Assembly: GCA_002753335.1 (NCBI GenBank)
Contig: PEAD01000003.1
Coordinates: 1 to 64,000 of the forward strand
From: Nitrospirae bacterium MYbin3
GTDB taxonomy: Bacteria; Nitrospirota; Thermodesulfovibrionia; Thermodesulfovibrionales; Dissulfurispiraceae
DNA: 64,000 bases
Reading direction: 5' to 3'
The notes beneath the pieces are model-generated. The model worked only from the letters and a program-made list of their open reading frames with translations, was not told the DNA's origin and searched no databases. The position numbers and the translations under genes are program-made. Shown here piece after piece: positions 50,756-59,135 of the stretch (its first letter is position 1; every line of letters starts with the position of its first letter).

Positions 50756-51679
50756 TTATTTGCCTTTTGTAGTAGGTGCAGGCCCTTTAGGAACTGTTGG
50801 GCCTTTTTGTTCAGGAGCTTTTGGGGTTCCAGGTACAGGGCCCTTAGGCGGTATTGGCATAGGCCTGCCTTTCATGTCAGGGCCTTTACCCTTCATATCC
50901 GGGCCGGGGCCTTTCGGACCCATCGGGCCTTTTGGCTCAGGACCCTTTCCTTTCATGTCAGGACCTTTGCCTTTCATATCCGGACCTGGGCCTTTTTGCG
51001 CAGGTGCAATGGGTTTAAGCAGTTTTTTCTGGTCTACACCCCTGCTTTCAATAGACTTCTTTTTCATATCAATGATTGCTTTTTGCTGCTGCTGTTTGTT
51101 TTTTGCGTTTTCAGCTGCCAACCTAGCTTTCATCTGCGCTTCTGCCTGTTTTGCATCTTTAGGTGTCGCAGTGTGGGTTCCCGGTACAGGCTTCTTTACA
51201 GGAGGCATAGGCTTGCCTTTAGGCTCAGGGCCTTTGCCTTTCATGTCAGGGCCGGGGCCTTTAGGGGGCATAGGCTTTGGCATGGGTTTTTTTACCATTG
51301 GAGGCATAGGCTTGCCTTTAGGCTCAGGGCCTTTGCCTTTCACGTCAGGGCCGGGGCCTTTAGGGGGCATCGGTTTTGGCATGGGTTTTTTTACCATTGG
51401 CGGCATAGGCTTGCCTTTAGGCTCAGGACCTTTGCCTTTCATGTCAGGGCCGGGACCTTTAGGCGGAAGGACAGGCTTGCCTTTCATGTCAGGACCGGGG
51501 CCTTTTGAACCCATCGGACCTTTGACTTCAGGGCCTTTGCCTTTCATGTCAGGGCCGGGACCTTTTGGCGGTGCAGGCATTGGGCCCTTACCTTTTTCAG
51601 CCGGAGCTGCAAAAGCTAGGCCGAAGGTGAGGCTTACAGAAATCATAATTACTAAAAGTACTAACGACAGTTTTCTCAT
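50756..51679 (-). CDS. Secreted Pro/Gly/Lys/Met repeat protein 3
   Basis: Same signal peptide; GPGPDMKGK motifs; 33-aa unit x ~2.7; central helical segment; ends KGK. Confidence 0.85.
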   Translation of the reverse strand: MRKLSLVLLVIMISVSLTFGLAFAAPAEKGKGPMPAPPKGPGPDMKGKGPEVKGPMGSKGPGPDMKGKPVLPPKGPGPDMKGKGPEPKGKPMPPMVKKPMPKPMPPKGPGPDVKGKGPEPKGKPMPPMVKKPMPKPMPPKGPGPDMKGKGPEPKGKPMPPVKKPVPGTHTATPKDAKQAEAQMKARLAAENAKNKQQQQKAIIDMKKKSIESRGVDQKKLLKPIAPAQKGPGPDMKGKGPDMKGKGPEPKGPMGPKGPGPDMKGKGPDMKGRPMPIPPKGPVPGTPKAPEQKGPTVPKGPAPTTKGK

Positions 51680-51933
51680 ACTTCCTCCTTTAATAAATGG
51701 TTTCTCAGAAGAATTTTTGTTTCCGAGCTTACATATACGATAGAAGCATTACTGCCAAATGTCAAGGTACTTTTCACATTTTTTGATATTCAATATTTTT
51801 GGTCAAAACAGTCGCAATATTCTTGACTTTTTGCGGTCAATAATACGACACTTTTAATTAAGCCTAAGAGTTTTTGCAGTGTCAAAATGACTTATCGCTC
51901 TTTGGCCTTAATAATCATTAAACGGAGGATTCC

Positions 51934-52509
51934 TTGGCAAAACGTGCAGGTGCATACAAAAGTGATAAGAGAAAGAAAGAGCTGACGCGTCAGAAAAAGC
52001 AGGAAGAAAAAAGGCAAAAAAGGTTCGGCAAAACCGGCGCTGAAATTTCTGCTGAAAGCCAGCCTCAATCTGCCGGGGCAGACTCTGAAGTTAAAGCCTC
52101 TGCCGGCAGTATCGTAAAAGTACATTACACAGGCAGACTTGATGACGGCTCTGTTTTTGACTCTTCACGGGAGCGTGAACCGCTTGAGTTTACTGTCGGT
52201 GCAGGGCAGATGATTCAGGGTTTTGACAAGGCGGTAAACGGCATGTCTGTAGGTGAATCCAAGACGGTCAGGATTCCTTCTGACGAAGCATACGGACCTT
52301 ATAAAAAAGACCTTATGTTCGAATTGCCGAAGGCCCATTTCCCTGAAGATACAAAAAAAGGGGCTGCTTTTAAATTAAAGCATCCTAACGGCAACTCTCT
52401 CGATGCGGTGGTCACAGACATTACAGCGGATACGGTCACATTGAATGCCAATCATTCTCTTGCAGGTAAAGACCTTATCTTCGATATAGAGCTTCTGGAA
52501 GCTGAATAA
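51934..52509 (+). CDS. FKBP-type (SlyD-like) peptidyl-prolyl isomerase with basic N-terminal extension
   Basis: VHYTGRLDDGSVFDSS, G.GQMI.GF, AYG and NHSLAGKDL.F motifs; GGAGG SD with TTG start. Confidence 0.9.
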   Translation: MAKRAGAYKSDKRKKELTRQKKQEEKRQKRFGKTGAEISAESQPQSAGADSEVKASAGSIVKVHYTGRLDDGSVFDSSREREPLEFTVGAGQMIQGFDKAVNGMSVGESKTVRIPSDEAYGPYKKDLMFELPKAHFPEDTKKGAAFKLKHPNGNSLDAVVTDITADTVTLNANHSLAGKDLIFDIELLEAE

Positions 52510-52535
52510 AAGGCCTTATTCTTTAAAATTTCAAA

Positions 52536-53390
52536 GTGCAAAAAAATACTTTGAGGCTCGGAGTTCATACCTCTATTGCTGGAGGGTTTCATCTCTCTCT
52601 CGAAAGAGCTAAGGAACTCGGCTGCAACACCATGCAGATATTTTCCCACAGCCCAAGACAGTGGCTTGTGGGCGAGTTAGCAGGCGATTCTGTCAAACAG
52701 TTCAAGGAATTTAAAAAGTCCTACGATATAAGCCCTGTATTTATCCATGTGTCGTACCTGATAAATCTCTGCGCTGCTGATGAACTGCTGGAAAAATCGG
52801 CCAATCTTCTGGTGAAGGAGCTTGATATTGCCGATACCCTCGATGTTGAGTATGTTGTGCTTCATACCGGCAGCGCGTCCTCGATGGATGCTGATGTCGC
52901 CCGCGCCAAAGCTGTAAAGGCGCTGAAAAGCATATCTTCAACAAAGAAATGGAAGACGAAACTTCTTCTTGAAAATACCGCAGGAGAACGCGGGGACATA
53001 ACTTCCTCAATACTTGATCTAAAAGAGCTGATGACCGGTGTTGGCGGTTCCTTGATAGGAGGAATCTGCATAGACACCTGCCATGCTTTTGCAGCCGGTT
53101 ACGACATTTCATCAAAGGCTGGTGTTGATTCATTTGTTGATGAGCTGCGTGCGCTTCAAATGCTTGATTCTGTAAAGCTGGTCCACCTCAATGATTCCAA
53201 GAAAGGCCATAATTCAAGGGTTGACAGGCATGAGCATATCGGCGAAGGGCAGATAGGCAGCGCAGGTATAAAGTATTTTATAAATCATTCCGCATTTAAA
53301 AATATCCCGATGATACTTGAAACTCCTAAACATACAGAAGAGGACGATCCAAGAAACCTGAAGCTTGTGCGTGAACTGATCAGCCGCTGA
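52536..53390 (+). CDS. nfo: Endonuclease IV
   Basis: G.HTSIAGG, H.SYLINL, LLENTAG, CIDTCH, HLNDSK, DRHEHIG and ILETP motifs. Confidence 0.95.
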   Translation: MQKNTLRLGVHTSIAGGFHLSLERAKELGCNTMQIFSHSPRQWLVGELAGDSVKQFKEFKKSYDISPVFIHVSYLINLCAADELLEKSANLLVKELDIADTLDVEYVVLHTGSASSMDADVARAKAVKALKSISSTKKWKTKLLLENTAGERGDITSSILDLKELMTGVGGSLIGGICIDTCHAFAAGYDISSKAGVDSFVDELRALQMLDSVKLVHLNDSKKGHNSRVDRHEHIGEGQIGSAGIKYFINHSAFKNIPMILETPKHTEEDDPRNLKLVRELISR

Positions 53391-53402
53391 CAGGAACCCG
53401 GA

Positions 53403-53448
53403 CGTCGTCCCCGTGAATACGGGGCCCCAGACAAAAATGAACTGGATT
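53403..53448. repeat. Degenerate REP-like palindromic element
   Basis: CGTCGTCCCCGT-GAAT-ACGGGGCCCCAG...CTGGATT between convergent genes. Confidence 0.45.
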
Positions 53449-53471
53449 GAATAAGTAGAGGTTTAAGGCTG

Positions 53472-53770
53472 CTAATTGGTTTTGCTTTTTAAGAGATTAA
53501 GAAAAGTTTGATATTTCTCAGTATTGCCTTCTTTATCAGACCATCGTTTCACTTCTTTTATATTGATCTTTTGCGCTTTTGCGACCATTACGGCCTGCTC
53601 CAACGCTTGCGGGTCATTCCAGTGATAAAAAGCGGCCAATCTATCTTTCACACTGTCGGTAGGCGTCAACATGACAAGCGTACCAAGTCTGGTTTTAAGT
53701 TTGTTTTCATCTTTGATAGGTTCACCGCCTACGAGGAGCGCATCGATATCATGCTCTCGTAGCTTTTCAG
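53472..53770 (-). pseudogene. Remnant of a nucleotidyltransferase-like hypothetical gene (5' loss and apparent internal deletion)
   Basis: LREHDIDALLVGG joined directly to EPIK...LTPTDSVKDRLAAFYHWNDPQALEQA; no credible start outside argB. Confidence 0.5.
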
Positions 53771-54648
53771 CCGCTGACGATCTCTGTTCCGATTCCTTCT
53801 TTTGTAAATATCTCAAGCAGCAGGCTGTGCGGAATCCGCCCGTCAATTATATGGGTCTTCTTTACGCCTTTTTCTATGGCCTTCATGCATGCCTGAACTT
53901 TAGGAAGCATTCCGCCGGATATTGTTCCATCTTCTATAAGTTTGTGGACATCGGTTTTGCTTAGTGTAGACAGGGTATTGTCTTTTTTATCCTTTATGCC
54001 CGGGACATCCGTGAGAAACAAGAATTTTTCTGCATTCAGGGCAGCCGCAATAGAGGCTGCAACATAGTCAGCGTTAATATTGTAGGCATCGCCATTGCTT
54101 CCCACCCCTATTGGGGCGATAACGGGTATAAAGCCGTCTTTGTCCACAGAATTCAGTATTTCCGGGTTTATGGAATCAACCTCTCCCACTAATCCAATAT
54201 CTATCAGGTCGTCGCTGTTTTCTGGCGAAGTTTTTTTGAGCATTTTTTTCTTTGCCTTTATAAGATTGCCGTCTTTGCCGCTCAATCCCACCGCTTTACC
54301 GCCGTGGCTGTTTATCAGCGCGACTATCTCTTTATTTATAAGCCCTCCCAGCACCATCTCGACTATATCCATAGTATCTTTGTCGGTTACGCGCTGGCCC
54401 TGAATGAATGCAGGCTCTTTGCCCATCTTCTTCATAGTCGAGCTTATTTTCGGGCCACCTCCGTGGACTATTATCGTTTTTATGCCGATAAAGTTCAGCA
54501 GCACAACATCCTGGGCGAATGAATCTTTGAGCGCATCTTCGACCTGAGCGGCTCCGCCGTATTTAATCACAAAGGTCTTGCCGTAAAAGGTTCTGATATA
54601 AGGCAGGGACTCTATAAGTATATTTGCCTTTTCGATAAGTTTTTTCAT
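53767..54648 (-). CDS. argB: Acetylglutamate kinase
   Basis: VIKYGG, VHGGGP, NINAD, GGMLPKV and IIDGR motifs. Confidence 0.97.
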   Translation of the reverse strand: MKKLIEKANILIESLPYIRTFYGKTFVIKYGGAAQVEDALKDSFAQDVVLLNFIGIKTIIVHGGGPKISSTMKKMGKEPAFIQGQRVTDKDTMDIVEMVLGGLINKEIVALINSHGGKAVGLSGKDGNLIKAKKKMLKKTSPENSDDLIDIGLVGEVDSINPEILNSVDKDGFIPVIAPIGVGSNGDAYNINADYVAASIAAALNAEKFLFLTDVPGIKDKKDNTLSTLSKTDVHKLIEDGTISGGMLPKVQACMKAIEKGVKKTHIIDGRIPHSLLLEIFTKEGIGTEIVSG

Positions 54649-54772
54649 TGCAGCATCCTCCGGCTGTATAAGCTTTTCTGACCAATATTATATCGACATG
54701 CATCAGGTTTCCACAATAAAGTTTTTTGTATGATATAATAATCAACATTAATCGCATTGATAGGAGATAACC

Positions 54773-55069
54773 TTGCCTAAAGTTCCTGTAGAGAACCTTA
54801 AACCCGGAATGAAGCTTGCGAAGCCGGTCACAAACGATGCCGGTATGGTGCTTATGGGGCCTGGTACAGAGCTGACGGCAGCTTCAATCTCAAGACTGGG
54901 CAATATGAATGTAGGTAGTGGGACTATCGAAGGCTCATCGCAGCCTACTAAACCTAAGGAAGTAATGCTTGCAGAAATCGATGCCAGGTTCAAAAAGACT
55001 TTATCCGAACCCAATATGTCGTTGCTGAAAAAAATCCTACAGGAGCATACGGAAGGCTTATACAAATAA
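54773..55069 (+). CDS. Small hypothetical protein resembling the N-terminal module of HD-GYP/HDOD proteins
   Basis: V..LKPGMKLAKPV....G.VL...GTELT; AGGAG SD with TTG start. Confidence 0.7.
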   Translation: MPKVPVENLKPGMKLAKPVTNDAGMVLMGPGTELTAASISRLGNMNVGSGTIEGSSQPTKPKEVMLAEIDARFKKTLSEPNMSLLKKILQEHTEGLYK

Positions 55070-55070
55070 T

Positions 55071-55907
55071 ATGGATCTACAAAACCTGCGTGTACAAATA
55101 GAGAGAATAGATACGCTGCCTACAATACCTAAGGTGCTGCAGAAGCTCCTTAAGGTCATAGAGAATCCCAAGGCATCGATAACCGAGATAGGTGACTTTG
55201 TCGCGAGCGATGCGGTTCTTACTTCACGGGTGCTGAAGGTTGTGAACTCTCCTGTTTATGGTTTTCCCGGACGCATTTCATCCGTGAGTCAGGCATTGAT
55301 CCTTCTGGGGATGAATGTGGTCAGGGGTATGCTTCTTGGTGTTTCGGTTTTTGAGGTCATGGAAAAAGCTATGGTAGGCTTGTGGGAGCATTCACTGGGT
55401 TCTGCTGTTGTTGCCCGGATCATAGCAAGGCGCAAAGAGGTAAAAGAACCTGAAGAGGTTTCTATAGCCGCGCTTCTTCATGATATCGGCAAGGTCGCGA
55501 TGAGCCTTAAGTTCAATGATGACTACAAGAAAATACTATTTACAGCAGAAAAGAATTCACTTTTTATAGCTGAAGCAGAGAAAGATTTTTTTTCGGTCAC
55601 CCATGCTGAAGCAGGCGCTTGGATAGCCCAGAAATGGAATTTCCCCAAAGGACTGATAGAAGCTATAGAGTATCACCACAAACCCCATCTTTCGAGGAAT
55701 GTTCCGCTGTTGTCTTCAATCGTGCATTTTTCGGACATACTGATTCGGGCCAAGGGCTTTGGTTTTGCAGGTGATAGCTTTGTTCCTGCAGTGCATCCCT
55801 CTGTATGGACGCTGCTCAATTTTTCGGATGCTGAAATCCGCGAGATTTTTGATGAGATTGAAGACTCGCTAGGACAATCCGAAGACATGCTTTTCAAGGA
55901 AGAGTAA
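55071..55907 (+). CDS. HDOD domain protein
   Basis: LPTIP, D..LT.RVL..VNS..YG, WEHS, LLHDIGK and HH motifs. Confidence 0.92.
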   Translation: MDLQNLRVQIERIDTLPTIPKVLQKLLKVIENPKASITEIGDFVASDAVLTSRVLKVVNSPVYGFPGRISSVSQALILLGMNVVRGMLLGVSVFEVMEKAMVGLWEHSLGSAVVARIIARRKEVKEPEEVSIAALLHDIGKVAMSLKFNDDYKKILFTAEKNSLFIAEAEKDFFSVTHAEAGAWIAQKWNFPKGLIEAIEYHHKPHLSRNVPLLSSIVHFSDILIRAKGFGFAGDSFVPAVHPSVWTLLNFSDAEIREIFDEIEDSLGQSEDMLFKEE

Positions 55908-55911
55908 AAAA

Positions 55912-56838
55912 TTGAAAACCGTTGTAGCCGTATCCAAGGATATGGTCTTGTCAAATATTGTCAATCGCATGCTCAAGGAGCAGTTCAGTATCGTCAACTT
56001 TTCAAATATTGAGGCCTCTCTGGACTATATATACAACTCTATGCCGGACATTCTCGTTTTTGACGGAGTTACCGCTTCTACGAATGCTGTTACTATGCTT
56101 AACGAGCTTAAGAACGATCCTATTTTCGGACAGATTCCTGTATTGATGATAGTCGCCGACAATTTTTTTGTGGCTGACTGGGAAGCATTTTTTGTGGAAG
56201 ATTATTTAAGGATTAGAGATGTTGAAAAAGATTTGCTGGACAGAATAAAGCTCTGCCTGCACAGGTCAGAAAGGGTTGTGGAGGTGAATCCGCTTACAAG
56301 ACTGCCCGGGAATATAGCGATAAGCAAACAGGTTCAGTCGAGGTTGGACAAAGGTGATGCGTTTGCGCTCGCTTATGCGGATCTCGATTATTTCAAGCCA
56401 TACAACGACAAGTACGGTTTCAGCAGGGGAGATGAGGTGCTCAAGATGGTTGGGCGGCTTGTGATGAACATGGTCAAGGGAAGGCAGCCTGTGGGCAGTT
56501 TTGTTGGCCATATCGGCGGCGATGACTTTACATTCATAATGGACGCAACCGTTGCTGAGCAGGCGGCAGGAGACATCTTAGAGAATTTTGACAGGATAAT
56601 CACAACATTTTACGACCCTGAAGACAGAGCAACCAACTCTATCGAATCGGTTGACAGGGAAGGGAATAAGAGGGTGTTTCCTATAATGGGGCTTTCTATT
56701 GGTATAGCTGTCAATATTGAAAAGAAATTCAAACATTACGGCGGAATAATACAGGTGGCTTCCGAAATGAAAAAGCATGCTAAAGAATCTGATGGGAGCT
56801 GCTTCAGGGTTGACAAACGGCACTACGCAAAAAACTAA
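55912..56838 (+). CDS. Atypical receiver domain plus GGDEF-family protein
   Basis: NPLTRLPGN, DLDYFKPYND.YG...GD and HIGGDDF motifs. Confidence 0.88.
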   Translation: MKTVVAVSKDMVLSNIVNRMLKEQFSIVNFSNIEASLDYIYNSMPDILVFDGVTASTNAVTMLNELKNDPIFGQIPVLMIVADNFFVADWEAFFVEDYLRIRDVEKDLLDRIKLCLHRSERVVEVNPLTRLPGNIAISKQVQSRLDKGDAFALAYADLDYFKPYNDKYGFSRGDEVLKMVGRLVMNMVKGRQPVGSFVGHIGGDDFTFIMDATVAEQAAGDILENFDRIITTFYDPEDRATNSIESVDREGNKRVFPIMGLSIGIAVNIEKKFKHYGGIIQVASEMKKHAKESDGSCFRVDKRHYAKN

Positions 56839-57110
56839 TCAAACAGACGTATAATCTTATCAGCCTTATCTTCTATATCCTTTAAGCCTTTAGACACCGA
56901 TTTTAGGTCCCGTTTTGTTTTGTGCAGCTCATCCGCTATGGTCAGCGAAGCAAGTATGGATGCCCTGAGCGGGGTTATCCCCGGAGCATTTGAATAAACT
57001 TCCCTGAGTTTTCCGTCAACATAATCCGCAATCTGCTTTATGTATTCAGGCGGCTCGTCGCCCTTTATCACATAGTGCTGGCCGAGTATATGGACTTCTA
57101 TGCTTCCCAT
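56835..57110 (-). CDS. zapA: Cell division protein ZapA
   Basis: I.V.ILGQ.Y.I...YI..IA.YVD.K......ILA.L.IADEL. Confidence 0.88.
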   Translation of the reverse strand: MGSIEVHILGQHYVIKGDEPPEYIKQIADYVDGKLREVYSNAPGITPLRASILASLTIADELHKTKRDLKSVSKGLKDIEDKADKIIRLFD

Positions 57111-57118
57111 TGTTGCAG

Positions 57119-57334
57119 TTATTTAATATCGAGGGTTTCCAGAAGCTTAAGAATGCTCTCTACCTGATCTTTAGCAGAGGCTTTTTCGGAGCTAAGCCGC
57201 TCCACTTCCTGATTCTTTTCATCCAGCTGCTCTTCAAGGAGTGTGACTTTTCTTTCGAGGGTCGCTTTTTCTTCCTTAAGGGAGTTAACTTTTTCTATAG
57301 CAAGCGCAATTTTTTCATCGAACGACTTAAACAT
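57119..57334 (-). CDS. zapB: Cell division protein ZapB-like coiled coil
   Basis: All coiled-coil 71-aa protein immediately upstream of zapA; AGGAGG SD. Confidence 0.72.
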   Translation of the reverse strand: MFKSFDEKIALAIEKVNSLKEEKATLERKVTLLEEQLDEKNQEVERLSSEKASAKDQVESILKLLETLDIK

Positions 57335-57477
57335 CAGGCAAGACCTCCTGTTATGGTGTTGGTTTTACTAAAAGATAATACAGGATTCCGCATCTAAAAA
57401 TAAACCTTGACTGCTTGGTAAAAATCCCCTTTGCGGTGTAAACTGTTTTCTGAACTATTTGACACTGAGGAGGAGCT

Positions 57478-57963
57478 ATGATCGCAGGCATTTTATCAGA
57501 CAGCCACGACCATCTGGACAACTTGAAAAGAGCTCTTGATATTTTTGAAGCGCAAGGGGCTGAACATATTATCCACGCCGGAGATTTCAGCTCGCCATTT
57601 ACGTGGCGGGTTTTAAAAAACTTCAAAGGCGGCATTACCGCGATATTTGGAAACAACGACGGCGAGCGTCTGCTTTTGCGCAAGTTATACGGAGACATTA
57701 TCCATATTCAGCCGCATAGATTTATCCTGAACGAAAAGAAGATAGTGCTTATGCACGAACCTGATGTAGTTGATGCCCTTGCCGACAGCGGCCATTTTGA
57801 CCTTGTTATTTTTGGCCATACTCACGAGCCGATAATAAAAAAAATAAACAACACCCTTGTCATAAACCCCGGAGAAACCTGCGGCTGGCTTTATCGGAAA
57901 CCTACCGTCGCGGTGGTTGATCTAAAGAGCATGGAGGCCGAGATAATTCCTGTTGCAGTATAA
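57478..57963 (+). CDS. YfcE/MJ0936-family metallophosphoesterase
   Basis: SDSHD, HAGD, GNND, GHTH and NPG motifs. Confidence 0.92.
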   Translation: MIAGILSDSHDHLDNLKRALDIFEAQGAEHIIHAGDFSSPFTWRVLKNFKGGITAIFGNNDGERLLLRKLYGDIIHIQPHRFILNEKKIVLMHEPDVVDALADSGHFDLVIFGHTHEPIIKKINNTLVINPGETCGWLYRKPTVAVVDLKSMEAEIIPVAV

Positions 57964-58019
57964 AATGCTATTTTTAATGCTATTTTTAAGTTGACAACCG
58001 GTTTGTTCTCTATTATCAT
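57964..58019 (+). promoter_or_regulatory. Sigma70 promoter of the hydrogenase operon with upstream 12-bp direct repeat
   Basis: AATGCTATTTTT x2 (57964-57987), then TTGACA-17 nt-TATCAT. Confidence 0.65.
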
Positions 58020-58067
58020 TTCAAAATTAAGAGTTGCTATAAATTTCCCACCAATGGCGAGGAAGGC

Positions 58068-59135
58068 ATGAAAGACCTGCAATATGTGATTTTGAAAAAA
58101 GAGAACCTCGACGGGTTTATTTCACGTATGTCGAGGCTGCGAAAAGTTTCGGCCCCTGTTGCAAAGGGCAATGGAGAATATGCCTTTGAGGAAGTTGATT
58201 CCTCCGACAGGATTGAGCTCAAGTATAAACCTACAATAATGCCTCCAAAGAAATATTTTATGCCGCAGGAAGAGACGCTTCTGGAGTTCAGTACGGCAAA
58301 AGGATTGGCAACAAAGCCTGTGGTCGAATATGAGAAGATGACGCTTTTTGGTGTTCACACCTGCGACCTGGCCGGAATTCAGTGCCTGAATGCTGTCTTC
58401 TCTGTACGGCCCCGCGATTACAACTATCTGACCAGAAAAAGACAGATAGACATAATCGGCCTTGAATGCGGTGATTACTGCGACGAGCATGCAAGCTGCA
58501 GCATGGTGAGCGCACATATGCCGAGCGGTGGCTATGATCTGTTCTTCACAGACCTTGGTGATTATTTTATAGTGCACATGAATACGCAGGCGGGCGAAGA
58601 GATGATCGAGGCCACAAAATGCTTTGAGAGCGCCGAGGAGACACATTTTGATGATTTGCAATCATTCAGGAAGAAGAAGAGGGATACCTTTAAAAGCGAA
58701 GTGCAGATAGAGCCGAGATTTATTCCCGGACTGTTTGACGCCTGCTTTGAAAGTTCTATATGGAAAGAGCTTGATGCCAAATGCTTGGCCTGCGGCAACT
58801 GCACCAATGTATGCCCGACATGCTACTGTTTCGACATAATAGATGAAGTTGGGCTCGACCTGAAAAACGGCAAACGCTACCGCAAATGGGATTCCTGCCA
58901 GCTCGAACCTTTTGCCAAGGTGGCGGGCGGCGAGAACTTCAGAAAGGAACGTGCTGCAAGGCAGAGGCACAGGTACTACCGGAAATTCAGATATCCGGTT
59001 GCCAAATACTCAAAGTTTTTCTGCACAGGCTGCGGCAGATGCAGCCGTTCTTGCATGGCAGGCATACATCTAAAAGACACGCTGAATGCGCTTATCAAGG
59101 AGAGTGATTCTAAGATATGGAAAAAGTGGTTATAA
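58068..59135 (+). CDS. Group 3b hydrogenase/sulfhydrogenase beta subunit (AsrA-like Fe-S)
   Basis: CLACGNCTNVCPTCYCF, RKWDSC and CTGCGRCSRSC motifs. Confidence 0.92.
   Translation: MKDLQYVILKKENLDGFISRMSRLRKVSAPVAKGNGEYAFEEVDSSDRIELKYKPTIMPPKKYFMPQEETLLEFSTAKGLATKPVVEYEKMTLFGVHTCDLAGIQCLNAVFSVRPRDYNYLTRKRQIDIIGLECGDYCDEHASCSMVSAHMPSGGYDLFFTDLGDYFIVHMNTQAGEEMIEATKCFESAEETHFDDLQSFRKKKRDTFKSEVQIEPRFIPGLFDACFESSIWKELDAKCLACGNCTNVCPTCYCFDIIDEVGLDLKNGKRYRKWDSCQLEPFAKVAGGENFRKERAARQRHRYYRKFRYPVAKYSKFFCTGCGRCSRSCMAGIHLKDTLNALIKESDSKIWKKWL

Noticed and set aside
49532..51679. Collagen-like protein call
   Set aside because: Gly is not at every third position (DMKGKGPGP), so a canonical triple helix is not supported.
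49464..51743. Long plus-strand ORFs (49464-50027, 49565-49945, 49630-49938, 50179-50607, 50741-51508, 50760-51743), including an apparent Cys-rich CLSCQG repeat
   Set aside because: Antisense shadows of stop-poor repeats. The minus-strand frame has the SD, signal peptide, promoter and terminator, and repeat variants are synonymous only in that frame.
56780..56840. 6S RNA, often found downstream of zapA
   Set aside because: The zapA stop overlaps the convergent GGDEF gene, leaving no intergenic space.
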